Below are positions 10,388-20,493 of a stretch of DNA of 64,000 nucleotides, piece after piece. Origin of the DNA: Candidatus Bathyarchaeota archaeon (lineage in GTDB: Archaea > Thermoproteota > Bathyarchaeia > Bathyarchaeales > Bathycorpusculaceae); assembly GCA_963775465.1 (NCBI GenBank), contig CAVZIW010000011.1, positions 15,913 through 79,912 on the forward strand. Reading direction: 5' to 3'. A model generated the notes under the pieces. The model did not search any database. It was not told where the DNA came from and saw only the letters and a list, made by a program, of their open reading frames with translations. The translations under genes and the position numbers were made by a program. Every line of letters starts with the position of its first letter. The first letter of the stretch is position 1.

Positions 10388-10527
10388 ACTTCACACCAAG
10401 TTATTCAGTAGCAGAAGTTAATATTTAACTTTAACCAAACAATTCCCAACCAAAAAAGAAACTGCATGTTTAACCAACATTTATATTTTCTATCGGCTAA
10501 TTCCTTGCTAATCGGAGAAACTAAAAT

Positions 10528-11265
10528 TTGTTAAAATGCACCGACGTTTCAAAGCATTTTGGAGGTCTCCAAGCCGTAAGAAACGTCAATTTTAACGTTG
10601 ATGATGGCGAAATAGCCGGTCTTGTAGGTCCTAACGGAAGTGGCAAATCAACTCTGCTAAACCTAATAAGTGGAGTATACAAACCCGACTCAGGACAAAT
10701 CATTTACAACGGTGAAGATATAGCAAAGTTGGCTCCTCACAAAATTTGTGCCAAAGGAATAACCAAAACTGCGCAGACGGTTCAGTCTTTTCCAGAAATG
10801 ACTGCCACAGAAAATGTACTCACAAGCGCAGTGTTTAACCAGAAAAAATTGAAAGAAAAAAGCAATACCCTTCAGAAATCTCGAGAACTGCTAGAATTTG
10901 TTGGATTAGCAAAAGAAAAATTTGATACTCCTGCAAAAAACCTCAACGTAGTCGAACTACGCCGCATTCAGCTCGCAAAAGCACTGGCCACTAATCCCAA
11001 GATGCTTCTGCTTGACGAATTACTTACCGGCTTAACGCCTAAAGAATGCGATGAAGCCATTGCACTGATCAAACAAATCAACAAACAAGGGGTTACAGTA
11101 CTAATAGTTGAACATGTAATGCGAGTCATTATGGGCTTGTGTGATCGGGTGGTAGTTTTACAGCATGGAGAAAAAATCTGCGAAGGCACACCAAAACAAG
11201 TATGCACGGATGAAAATGTTGTAAACGTGTATTTGGGCAAACGCTTCAAGTTCGGAGAAGAATAA
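10528..11265 (+). CDS. livG: Branched-chain-type ABC transporter ATPase
   Basis: FGGLQAV, GPNGSGKST, LLLDE, IVEHVM. Confidence 0.92.
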   Translation: MLKCTDVSKHFGGLQAVRNVNFNVDDGEIAGLVGPNGSGKSTLLNLISGVYKPDSGQIIYNGEDIAKLAPHKICAKGITKTAQTVQSFPEMTATENVLTSAVFNQKKLKEKSNTLQKSRELLEFVGLAKEKFDTPAKNLNVVELRRIQLAKALATNPKMLLLDELLTGLTPKECDEAIALIKQINKQGVTVLIVEHVMRVIMGLCDRVVVLQHGEKICEGTPKQVCTDENVVNVYLGKRFKFGEE

Positions 11266-11267
11266 AC

Positions 11268-11972
11268 ATGTTAGAAGTGGAAGACATCTCAGCGGCATAC
11301 GGTATGGTGCAGATACTTCGAAACGTCAACTTCAAAGTTGACGAGAAAGAAATAGTCAGCATTATTGGTCCAAACGGCGCCGGCAAAACAACCTTAGTTA
11401 AAACAATAATGGGTTTTCTAAAACCCCAAACTGGCTGCATAAGGTTTAGCGGAGAAAACATTGAAAAAACCTCCACTAACGAAATTGTAACAAAAGGTCT
11501 AACTATGATTCCTGAAGGCAGAGAAATTTTTCCTCGGATGAGCGTCTTAGAAAATCTAATGTTAGGTGCATATACCATAAAGGACAAAGAGCAGGTTAAA
11601 CAGACTAAAGAGAAAGTCTACGGAATTTTTCCAGTCTTAAAAAAGAAGGAAAAAGCATTAGCGCAAACTCTTAGCGGAGGCGAGCAACAAATGCTTGTAA
11701 TATGTCGAAGTCTTATGTCTAACCCTAAGATGCTGATTCTAGACGAACCGTCGCTAGGTTTAGCGCCCATCATTGTAGAAAAAGTTCTCGACACTGTCCG
11801 AACGATAAACGACGAGGGAGTCACGGTACTTCTTGTGGAGCAGAACATCCATGACAGCTTGAACGTAGCTGATCGAGGTTACGTTCTGGAAGAGGGCAAG
11901 ATAATATTGGAAGGCAAAAGTAGGGAACTTTTATCTAATAGTCACATAAAAGAAGTGTATTTAGGTCTCTAA
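11268..11972 (+). CDS. livF: Branched-chain-type ABC transporter ATPase
   Basis: GPNGAGKTT, PEGREIF, LSGGEQQM, LDEPSLGLAP, VEQN. Confidence 0.94.
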   Translation: MLEVEDISAAYGMVQILRNVNFKVDEKEIVSIIGPNGAGKTTLVKTIMGFLKPQTGCIRFSGENIEKTSTNEIVTKGLTMIPEGREIFPRMSVLENLMLGAYTIKDKEQVKQTKEKVYGIFPVLKKKEKALAQTLSGGEQQMLVICRSLMSNPKMLILDEPSLGLAPIIVEKVLDTVRTINDEGVTVLLVEQNIHDSLNVADRGYVLEEGKIILEGKSRELLSNSHIKEVYLGL

Positions 11973-11991
11973 GATAGGCGAGGCAAAGACT

Positions 11992-13308
11992 TTGGATGGC
12001 AAATACTGGAATGAAAAAATAGAAACAATGCCTGTTGAAGAATTAAAAAAACATCAGCTACAAAAACTCAAAGCACAAGTTAAACACTGCTATGAACATA
12101 GCAGTTTCTACCACAAAAAATTTGACGAGACTAACCTAAAGCCGGACGATATAAAGTCACTGCAAGACTTAGCCAAAATTCCATTCACAGTAAAAAACGA
12201 CCTTAGAGATAACTATCCTTTCGGGATGGTAACCGTCAAACCGCAAGAAATCGTGGAAATACACGCATCCAGCGGCACGACAGGGAACCCCATCGTTGGA
12301 GCTTACACTAAAGGCGATATGGATATGTGGCAAGAACTCATGGCGCGTTCCATATATACAGTAGGCGGTAGACAAAGCGACGTCATCCACATCGCTTATG
12401 GTTACGGATTATTCACAGGAGGCTTAGGTTTTCATTATGGCGCTCAAAAACTTGGCGCAAAGATTGTACCTGCAAGCGGTGGCATGACGCAACGCCAAAT
12501 TAAACTAATGAAAGATTTGGAAGCTACTCTCCTTGCATGCACTCCGAGTTTTGCAGTTTATCTTGCAGAAACAATGGCACGAGAGGGGGTAGACCCTAGA
12601 CGTGACCTTAACCTTAGACTAGGAATGTTTGGTGCTGAACCATGGTCAAACCAAATTCGCGAACGCGTTGAACGTGAAATGGGTATTCAAGCCTTCGACG
12701 TTTATGGTTTGACAGAGCTGTGCGGTCCAGGAGTCTCAATCGAGTGCTCTGAACATGATGGACTACATGTCTGGGAAGACAATTTTATTATCGAAACAAT
12801 CGATCCAGATACGGGCGAGGTTTTGGAGCCAGGCCAAGAAGGCGAATTAGTCTTCACAACTCTAACTAAAACGGGGATGCCAATGCTTCGATACAGAACC
12901 AGAGACATCTCGAAAGTGAACATCGAACCCTGCAAATGCGGACGCACCCATTCCAGAATGATGCGTATCCACGGCAGATCTGATGATATGCTAATTATCC
13001 GCGGAGTAAACATTTTTCCATCACAAATCGAATACGCTGTCATGTGTTTCTCTGAACTTGCCGCTCAATATCTAATAGTTGTTGACCGACCAAGCGCATT
13101 GGATACCTTTGTTGTTAAGGTTGAATTATGCGAAAAAGCCTCTAAAGACCCGAGTCTTGACAAGAATTCCTTGAAAACCGATATTCAAAAAAGAATTCAC
13201 ATTGTCACGGGAATATCTGCTGACGTTGAAATTGTTAAACCAGGCGAGCTTCCGCGAAGTGAAGGAAAAGCTAAACGGGTTCTTGATTTACGTAAAGGCA
13301 AGATGTAA
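11992..13308 (+). CDS. paaK: Phenylacetate-CoA ligase
   Basis: HASSGTTG, YGLFTGGLG, FGAEPW, YGLTELCGPG, RYRTRD, GRSDDMLIIRGVN, GKAKRV. Confidence 0.95.
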   Translation: MDGKYWNEKIETMPVEELKKHQLQKLKAQVKHCYEHSSFYHKKFDETNLKPDDIKSLQDLAKIPFTVKNDLRDNYPFGMVTVKPQEIVEIHASSGTTGNPIVGAYTKGDMDMWQELMARSIYTVGGRQSDVIHIAYGYGLFTGGLGFHYGAQKLGAKIVPASGGMTQRQIKLMKDLEATLLACTPSFAVYLAETMAREGVDPRRDLNLRLGMFGAEPWSNQIRERVEREMGIQAFDVYGLTELCGPGVSIECSEHDGLHVWEDNFIIETIDPDTGEVLEPGQEGELVFTTLTKTGMPMLRYRTRDISKVNIEPCKCGRTHSRMMRIHGRSDDMLIIRGVNIFPSQIEYAVMCFSELAAQYLIVVDRPSALDTFVVKVELCEKASKDPSLDKNSLKTDIQKRIHIVTGISADVEIVKPGELPRSEGKAKRVLDLRKGKM

Positions 13309-13319
13309 AGTTCACAGTT

Positions 13320-15512
13320 ATGACTTCCAAGATTGCACAAGATAAACCTGGCAGTTTTGCTTTGCTTAATGGAGATGAGGCAGTTGCACGTGGAGCAGTA
13401 GAAGCAAACATCAAAGTCGCATCCGCCTATCCTGGGACCCCTTCTACCGAAATTTTAGAGGCTTTAGCTGAAGTTGCAGAAGAGAGAGAGTTCTATGCTG
13501 AATGGAGCATTAACGAAATCGTCGCAGCTGAAGTCGCTGCCGGTGCTTCAATGACTGGAGTACGTTCGATCGTTTCCATGAAGCATGTAGGTTTAAACGT
13601 TGCATCAGACGCAGTAATGACTTTAGCTTACACTGGAGTTGAAGGCGGCATGGTTATTGCTGTATGTGATGACCCAGCATTGCACAGCAGCCAAAACGAA
13701 CAAGACACACGTTACTTCGCAGTCCACTCCAAATTGCCAATACTCGATGCAGGCAATCCTCAAGAAGCCCACGACATGGCAAGAGAAGCCTTTGAAATCA
13801 GCGAAAAACTTCATCTGCCGATTATCTTGCGACTCACAACAAGGGTTGCTCATGGAAAATCCAGAGTAAAATTAGGCAGCCTCCAAAAAATCAGCCGAAA
13901 AGCTGCCTTTGACAAGGACGGCTCCAAATGGGTCATGGTTCCCTCCAACGCAATTCGTCAACATAGAGTTTTGGAAGGTAGGTTAGTTGAAGCAAAAAAA
14001 CTCGCCAACGACTCAAAATTCAACTCAATCGAAGACAACAAAAGCGAGATTGGTATAATTGGAAGTGGAGTGGGCTTCTATTATGCTAGGTCAGTTCTGG
14101 ATACTTCCAAGTTTTCTTGGCTGAAATTGGGTTTAGCTTACCCCTTCCCAGATGAAACAGTCAAGAATTTTGCGTCGAAAGTAAAAAAATTAATCGTAAT
14201 TGAAGAATTAAGACCCTATCTTGAAGAAAACATCCAGCGAATAGGTCTAAAAACGATCGGCAAAAGTCAATTGGGTTTAGAGGAGATCGGTGAATTTACC
14301 CCCGACATCGTAAGGCAAGCTTTCGCTAAATTAAAATTAACAACCCAAGCAGAAAAACCTGAACTGGTAGATTTGCCGCCTCGACCGCCGGCTCTTTGCC
14401 CTGGTTGCCCTCATCGAGCCTTCTATTACGCTTTAAACATGACAAACCAGCATGTGAACTGCGACAACGAAAAATGTGTTGGCTGCGAGATCTGTGAGTA
14501 TGCTTGTTCGTTTGAAAAGGAAAAAGTCTTTAATCCACGCAAATCGCGGATTCGGTCTGTAAGAATTGGTCAGGTAGTTAACACTGCTATAACTTGCAAG
14601 GCCTGCAAAGACGCTCCTTGCGTAAGAGTTTGCCCCGAAAAAGCTCTAACCCAATCTTTGGAGACAGGGATCATAAAGGTTGATGAGCAAAAATGTAAAG
14701 GCTGTGATTGGTGCATAGACGCTTGCGAGTACGGAGCCATAACGTTGCATCCTAACAGCAACAAAGCCATCATTTGCGATGCTTGCGGAGGAGACCCAAA
14801 ATGCATACCTGTCTGTCCCGAAAGTGCCCTGACTTTAGCAGGCAGATCCAACGATAAAATCGTCACGGGCGACATCGGCTGCTACACACTGGGTGTTTTG
14901 CCTCCGATTAACGTGGTTCAATCATGCCTATGCATGGGGGGCGGAATTTCTCAAGCTGCAGGAATGTTCAATGCAGGGGTTAAAGACAAAGTGTTTTCAG
15001 TTATCGGTGACTCCACATTCTTCCATGGAGGAATGCCTGGATTGCTAAACATTGTGTACAATAAAGCCAATGTTTGCGTGGTCATTTTGGACAATAGTGT
15101 AGTTGCCATGACGGGTCATCAACCGACACCAGGTTCAGGAAAAACAGCAATGGGCAAAGAAGCAAAGAAAATTCAAATTAAAGATATCGCCAAAAGTGTT
15201 GGCATAGAAAAAATCTTAATCGTTGACCCTTACGACCTCCAAGCGACAACTGCAGCTATAAGAGAAACTTTGGACTATCAGGGTCCATCAGTTATCATCT
15301 CGCAGCGAGCTTGTCCACTGCTCGTGGAAAGAGGCAAACAAAGAGAAGTCAAAGAAGATTGCAACGCCTGCGGAGTTTGCGTTAAAGCATTCGGTTGTCC
15401 AGCCATCAGTCTTTCTAAAGAGCGTGCAGAAATCGACCCCACCCTCTGCTACGGGTGCGGCGTTTGCGAAACTGTCTGCCCATTTGACTCGATACAGAGG
15501 AAAGAGCCATGA
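13320..15512 (+). CDS. iorA: Indolepyruvate:ferredoxin oxidoreductase alpha subunit, with an inserted 4x[4Fe-4S] domain
   Basis: AYPGTPSTE, MKHVGLN, SSQNEQD, CPGCPHR, GDIGCY, IGDSTFFH, AMTGHQP, C-terminal 2x[4Fe-4S]. Confidence 0.94.
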   Translation: MTSKIAQDKPGSFALLNGDEAVARGAVEANIKVASAYPGTPSTEILEALAEVAEEREFYAEWSINEIVAAEVAAGASMTGVRSIVSMKHVGLNVASDAVMTLAYTGVEGGMVIAVCDDPALHSSQNEQDTRYFAVHSKLPILDAGNPQEAHDMAREAFEISEKLHLPIILRLTTRVAHGKSRVKLGSLQKISRKAAFDKDGSKWVMVPSNAIRQHRVLEGRLVEAKKLANDSKFNSIEDNKSEIGIIGSGVGFYYARSVLDTSKFSWLKLGLAYPFPDETVKNFASKVKKLIVIEELRPYLEENIQRIGLKTIGKSQLGLEEIGEFTPDIVRQAFAKLKLTTQAEKPELVDLPPRPPALCPGCPHRAFYYALNMTNQHVNCDNEKCVGCEICEYACSFEKEKVFNPRKSRIRSVRIGQVVNTAITCKACKDAPCVRVCPEKALTQSLETGIIKVDEQKCKGCDWCIDACEYGAITLHPNSNKAIICDACGGDPKCIPVCPESALTLAGRSNDKIVTGDIGCYTLGVLPPINVVQSCLCMGGGISQAAGMFNAGVKDKVFSVIGDSTFFHGGMPGLLNIVYNKANVCVVILDNSVVAMTGHQPTPGSGKTAMGKEAKKIQIKDIAKSVGIEKILIVDPYDLQATTAAIRETLDYQGPSVIISQRACPLLVERGKQREVKEDCNACGVCVKAFGCPAISLSKERAEIDPTLCYGCGVCETVCPFDSIQRKEP

Positions 15513-16090
15513 AACTTGATGTAGTCTTCAGCGGTGTTGGGGGACAAGGAGTCGTAGTTTTAAGTGACATTTTTTGCGAAGCCGCCATGCTTGAGGGTTT
15601 TGATGTAGCGAAAGCGGAAATTCATGGAATGGCGCAGCGTGGCGGTTCAATTGTTGCTTACACAAAAATTGGTGAAAAAGTTGAGTCTCCCTTGATTGAA
15701 ACAGGAAAAGCAGATGCTATTGTTGGTTTTGAAATCTTAGAGACTGCCCGAGCTCTGCCGATGCTCAAAAATAATGGCACAGTTATTGTTAACAAGAAGT
15801 ATATCCCGCCTAGCTGTCTAACGTCTGACGCTAAATCCTTAAAAACTCAGGATTTGATTGCGCTACTTAAAACTAAAGCGGTGGTTCATGAAGTTGAGGG
15901 AACCGAAATAGCACAAAAACTTGGCAACCTGCTAGTCGTGAACACGATTCTCCTGGGCGCACTCTCTGCCCTTCCAGAGATACCGGTAAGTGTTGACTCC
16001 TTCAAGCAAGCCATTTCAGGCAGACTTAAAGAAAAATACATCAATTTAAATCTAAAAGCATTCCAACTGGGAAGAAAAAGCGTTTGTTGA
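15509..16090 (+). CDS. iorB: Indolepyruvate:ferredoxin oxidoreductase beta subunit
   Basis: GVGGQG, EIHGMAQRGGS, NTILLGA, NLKAF. Confidence 0.95.
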   Translation: MKLDVVFSGVGGQGVVVLSDIFCEAAMLEGFDVAKAEIHGMAQRGGSIVAYTKIGEKVESPLIETGKADAIVGFEILETARALPMLKNNGTVIVNKKYIPPSCLTSDAKSLKTQDLIALLKTKAVVHEVEGTEIAQKLGNLLVVNTILLGALSALPEIPVSVDSFKQAISGRLKEKYINLNLKAFQLGRKSVC

Positions 16091-16150
16091 GTTAATTTTA
16101 TTAACAATATGCTTGGATATACCAGACAAAAAGCAAAAGAGGATATTATA

Positions 16151-17524
16151 TTGCAAAAGAAACTTTTAGCCGTGATAGTGGTAATAATAATTGTAATTGC
16201 AATTGTTGCAGCAATTCAATTAAGCATGACCCCCGCACCATCTACTGATGCAAGAGACATCAAGATAGGCTTGGTTGCCCCAATATCGGGCTCACCAGTT
16301 GGACAAGACATGGAACGCGCAGCTCGCATGGCTGTACAGGAAATCAACGATGCCGGCGGCATACACGTTTCCGGTTGGAACACCAATGTCAACATAAGTT
16401 TAGTAATTGCAGACACAATAAACGATGCTCCAACCAATGCAGTTGCACCAGTAACAAGAGCTGTTGAAACAGACAAAGTTGACTTACTCATAGGCGGATA
16501 CGGTAGCGCAGGCACATTGGCAAACGAAATCGTCGCCATCGAAAACAAAGTCCCATTCATTATCACCGGAGCATCAAACGAACTTGTAACTCGAAGAGGA
16601 CCTCAAGGTAACTACGGTGGATTTGGAGCAAACGGAGCAAACAGCGTCAGCGACGCCGAAGGAATGAGCTATATGTTCCACTACTGTACCACAACCTACC
16701 ATTACAGCAAAACTGTGGTTGACTTCTTCGCCAACGAAATGAAACCCATGGTAGCACCTGACCGCAACTTTAGCTTAGCAATACTCTACCGCAATGACGC
16801 TTTTGGACAAGGCGTAGAGCAAGCTGTAAAATTCTGGATACAAGATGAAGACCTCCCAATTACTCTAGTAGCTGACCGAAACTATGACCCAACAACCACA
16901 AACTATCAAACCGACCTAACAGCCGTTGCAACGACGAATCCAGATGCAGTACTTGTTGTTGACAACCCTGACAAATCACCCTTGATAATAAAACAAGGAT
17001 GGAACGACGTTGGATTAAAGACTGTGTACATTGTAATTGAAAACAACCAAGATCAAGCTTTCTATGATCTTATAGGAAGCACTGGTGATGGACAACTTCT
17101 TGAGTCAAGGTTTAACCCATTCATGGAGCCCTCATACTCAACAGCAGTACAAGCATACGTTGAGAAATTCGACCAACTCTACCCACATACGATGCCAGGC
17201 ATGATGGGCGCAGACACATATGATGCTTTCTATATAGCTAAAGCAGCCATTGAAAGTGCTGGAACAATCGACAAGGCAGCTGTGAGAGACGCAATTGAAG
17301 CAACAAATTTGGATCAAAGTCTTATTCCAACACAATCAGGCAAGATTGAATTCAGTAAAGGCGTCAACTACCATGAAATCCTACCATTGACATTCGTTGA
17401 ACAATTAAAATGGGATGAAGCAACAAGCCACCTAACGTCACAAATCGTTTGGACTCCCAACAGCAACAGTGGTCTAAAACAAGCAGACTTCACCCTGCCA
17501 ACAGGGTATCAACCTGGACAATAA
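16151..17524 (+). CDS. Membrane-anchored ABC substrate-binding protein (LivJ/K-like)
   Basis: N-terminal TM anchor, IKIGLVAPISG, EINDAGGI, YDAFYI; TTG at 16151 after AGAGG preferred (ORF is open from 16109). Confidence 0.88.
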   Translation: MQKKLLAVIVVIIIVIAIVAAIQLSMTPAPSTDARDIKIGLVAPISGSPVGQDMERAARMAVQEINDAGGIHVSGWNTNVNISLVIADTINDAPTNAVAPVTRAVETDKVDLLIGGYGSAGTLANEIVAIENKVPFIITGASNELVTRRGPQGNYGGFGANGANSVSDAEGMSYMFHYCTTTYHYSKTVVDFFANEMKPMVAPDRNFSLAILYRNDAFGQGVEQAVKFWIQDEDLPITLVADRNYDPTTTNYQTDLTAVATTNPDAVLVVDNPDKSPLIIKQGWNDVGLKTVYIVIENNQDQAFYDLIGSTGDGQLLESRFNPFMEPSYSTAVQAYVEKFDQLYPHTMPGMMGADTYDAFYIAKAAIESAGTIDKAAVRDAIEATNLDQSLIPTQSGKIEFSKGVNYHEILPLTFVEQLKWDEATSHLTSQIVWTPNSNSGLKQADFTLPTGYQPGQ

Positions 17525-17621
17525 CTGTCCAAACTATCCCTTTCTTTTATTTCTCGTATGTTTTAAATAGTTAACTTGAGAATTTATGTCAACCTTAACT
17601 TGAGAGAGGATTCGTTAAAAC

Positions 17622-18500
17622 ATGGATATCACGGCACCAACTATCATTTTAACCTTAATCTGGGGTGTCGCCATTGGATGCGTTTACATTTTGCTGGCAA
17701 CAGGGTTAAACATAATTTTCGGTGTCATGAAACTTGTTAACTTTGCGCATGGACAGCTCCTAATGATCGGCGCATATTTAACATGGACAATAACGTATTC
17801 AGCTGGACTAAATGCCTATGCAGCAATAATCGTTTCCATGTTCGTTGTGGCTTGCATAGGGGTTGCAGTTGAGCGATTAACCTTCCGTAGAATTCTAGGC
17901 GGAGATAAGCTCAACGAGATTTTCGTGAGTCTTGGTTTAATTTACATTTTTGAAAACGCTGCAATGTTAATTTGGGGAGCCAATTCGAAACAGATCGTAA
18001 GCCCCTTAGCTGGACTCAGTTTAGCTTTACCAAGCATATCAATTACCTACGACCGAATAGTGGCGGTATTTGTAGTTATCGTTACCCTGATAGCTTTTGG
18101 TTTACTAATACAGAAAACAAAAATTGGCTTAGCCATGCGTGCGACAAGCCAAAGAAGCAGTACAGCCATGCTCATGGGTATAAATGTTGAAACAATTTAC
18201 ATGCTTACCTTCGCGATAGGCGCAGCTTTAGCAGCTGTAGCTGGAGGATTATATGGCATCATCTTTTCTTTTGATTATCAAGTCGGTGCTATTCCAACTA
18301 TCATTGCTTTTGCCATCATAATACTCGGAGGATTGGGAAGCATAAAAGGTGCCATCATCGGTGGCTTGCTCTACGGGATCGTCGAACAATTAGCAACACT
18401 GTTTTTTGGCGGCGTTTGGGGAAGCGCAGTTGCTTTTGCCATGCTTATAGTTGTGCTTATCATTAGACCTAACGGAATATTTGGAGAAAAAGGAGAATAA
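17622..18500 (+). CDS. livH: ABC permease
   Basis: GLNIIFGVMKLVNFAHG, GLAMRATSQ, ILGGLGS. Confidence 0.93.
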   Translation: MDITAPTIILTLIWGVAIGCVYILLATGLNIIFGVMKLVNFAHGQLLMIGAYLTWTITYSAGLNAYAAIIVSMFVVACIGVAVERLTFRRILGGDKLNEIFVSLGLIYIFENAAMLIWGANSKQIVSPLAGLSLALPSISITYDRIVAVFVVIVTLIAFGLLIQKTKIGLAMRATSQRSSTAMLMGINVETIYMLTFAIGAALAAVAGGLYGIIFSFDYQVGAIPTIIAFAIIILGGLGSIKGAIIGGLLYGIVEQLATLFFGGVWGSAVAFAMLIVVLIIRPNGIFGEKGE

Positions 18501-18502
18501 AA

Positions 18503-19597
18503 ATGGAAATCAAACAGGCGCTCACGTCATTTTTGCGCTCCAAAGGCTTCCAAATAATGCTAGGCGCATTTGCCCTGTTAGCTATAATTCCGATACTCGC
18601 CAACAACAACTTTTTCCTCTACGTCTTTACCTTGATTTTTGTTTTTGCAATCTACGCTTCAAGCTGGAATTTGCTAGCGAACTCGGGTCAAGGCTCCCTT
18701 GGGCACGCAGCTTTCTTAGGCATCGGAGGATTCGCATCGGCACTCATCGGAGGATCAATGTCGTCTGCCATAATAATCAGTTTAGGCGTGACTAAAATGC
18801 CGATTGGTGCCCTGTCTGTTTTAGTTCAAATCGTGGTGATTCTTATTGGCGGATTGCTTTCAGCAGGAATAGGTTTCTTGATAGGACTAGCTTGTGTGAG
18901 GTTGAAAGCTTGGTACCTCGCGATGGTAACTTTTGGATTCTCAGTTATTGCAAGCACTCTATCGAGCCAACTAAATGATATCACAAATGGAATAAACGGG
19001 TTCGCACCCACAACACTCGTACCAAGCGGATACCCATTCTACATTCTAGTAATTACATTTGCAGTAACCTCGATAACCGCGATGTCTTTGATTATGAAAT
19101 CACGCATAGGATTAGCATTCCGAGCGATCCACGGAAATGAAGAAGAAGCAAAAATGATCGGCATAAACACAGCAAAATACAAACTCATCGCATTCGTCAT
19201 CAGCACCTTCTTCGCGGGCATCGCCGGGGGCCTATATGCATATTTTATTAGATTCATACAAAACGATATTTTCTCTCCTGCCAACTCGTTTTTGCCGCTG
19301 ATAATGACTGTTATCGGAGGCTTAGGAACCGTTGCTGGACCCATAATCGGCTCTATCTTCCTTGTCTCGCTCCAGCAAACATTAGCGCTTCCTAGCGTTG
19401 TAGAATCGATGCGTTCATCTCTTGGCGTTTACTTCCCCGGAGTAAGCAATGTTGGCCCACCAATAGCGTATCTTCTAATAGGGATTATCTTGGTATTAAT
19501 TGTGATCTTTTCTCCAAAAGGCTTAGCGCCCCTATTACGCAAACTCCTAAAGTATATAACTTCAGAGGAAAAAACCAAAGAGGCAAAGAAACAATGA
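18503..19597 (+). CDS. livM: ABC permease
   Basis: GQGSLGHAAF, YLAMVTFGF, GLAFRAI, IGGLGT. Confidence 0.92.
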   Translation: MEIKQALTSFLRSKGFQIMLGAFALLAIIPILANNNFFLYVFTLIFVFAIYASSWNLLANSGQGSLGHAAFLGIGGFASALIGGSMSSAIIISLGVTKMPIGALSVLVQIVVILIGGLLSAGIGFLIGLACVRLKAWYLAMVTFGFSVIASTLSSQLNDITNGINGFAPTTLVPSGYPFYILVITFAVTSITAMSLIMKSRIGLAFRAIHGNEEEAKMIGINTAKYKLIAFVISTFFAGIAGGLYAYFIRFIQNDIFSPANSFLPLIMTVIGGLGTVAGPIIGSIFLVSLQQTLALPSVVESMRSSLGVYFPGVSNVGPPIAYLLIGIILVLIVIFSPKGLAPLLRKLLKYITSEEKTKEAKKQ

Positions 19598-19956
19598 AAG
19601 GAACAGACCATTTTGCCAAAACTTTAGGCATTGAAGTCCTCGAATCAAAAGATGGCTTCGCAAAAGTCTGCATGAAAGTAGAAAAAGCGCACACTAACGC
19701 TTTAGGTTTTACTCATGGTGGCGCAATCTTTTCTCTGGCAGATTATGCTTTTGCATTAGCTTGTAACTTTGGCGATAACGTTGCAGTTGCAGTTCAAGTT
19801 GATATAAAATTTCTAAAACCTACCGTTGAAGGAGACATCCTAACAGCTGAGGCAACAAGGGTTTCTGAGGGCAAGACCACGGGACTTTACCAAGTTATGG
19901 TGCTCAAAATAGATAAAATCGTGGCAGTTTTTTCAGGTCTTGCTTTCAAAAAATAA
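19594..19956 (+). CDS. paaI: PaaI-family hotdog thioesterase
   Basis: NALGFTHGGAIFSLADYAF. Confidence 0.9.
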   Translation: MKGTDHFAKTLGIEVLESKDGFAKVCMKVEKAHTNALGFTHGGAIFSLADYAFALACNFGDNVAVAVQVDIKFLKPTVEGDILTAEATRVSEGKTTGLYQVMVLKIDKIVAVFSGLAFKK

Positions 19957-20043
19957 GAGTTAAAGCGAACAAACTAACGCTTGAAAAAGGATAACCAGCC
20001 GCCAACAATATTTTTATGTCAGACTCTAACCTACAGTTATGTT

Positions 20044-20119
20044 GCTGGGGTGGCCGAATGGTTCAGGCGGTAGCCTGCAGAGCTGCTATATATGGGTTCA
20101 ATTCCCATCCCCAGCTCCA
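20044..20119 (+). tRNA. tRNA-Cys (GCA), CCA encoded
   Basis: GCTGGGG/CCCCAGC acceptor stem, anticodon loop CTGCAGA, GGTTCAATTCC T arm, ends TCCA. Confidence 0.95.
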
Positions 20120-20218
20120 GGAATTACGCGGATTCGTCACAAACCCTATTTTTTGATATACGAATACTTATGTAAATTAAATAACCTCCCTTGATTCTTT
20201 CTACCGCTTCTTTAGAGC
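20099..20218 (+). repeat. 120-bp direct repeat copy A (tRNA-Cys 3' core + arm + remnant of a glycosyltransferase 3' end)
   Basis: Matches 22549..22668, including identical GCGGATTCGTCACAAACCCTATTTTTTG and ACGAATACTTATGTAAATTAAA. Confidence 0.92.
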
Positions 20219-20493
20219 TCCGCTTGACCAGCGCGTCGAACGTGTTGAATGTTTTTTCGCGTTCTAGGTACTGTTTACAACCCACAGATATTTTTCTAAA
20301 TACAGCCCAAACTTAACTCCTCTTATCCATATTTCACAAGGATTTGAAGCACTATTTAAAACGAAACCGCCCTCGGTTAGAACATCGGTGTTTACTGAGT
20401 AACTGATTAGTATGTGAACGGTTTTTAGAGTGCGCATAGTAAATATCCGAGTAAACAATCTCAGACAGGGGAGATAGGAGCAAGATTAGCTAC

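Noticed and set aside
10420-10480. TTTAACCAA direct repeat in the ACT/livG divergent promoter
   Set aside because: Short and AT-rich; cannot be told from chance by eye
20264-20458. 64-aa minus-strand ORF considered as an integrase remnant
   Set aside because: No recognisable tyrosine-recombinase motif; lies in the promoter region of the 390-aa gene
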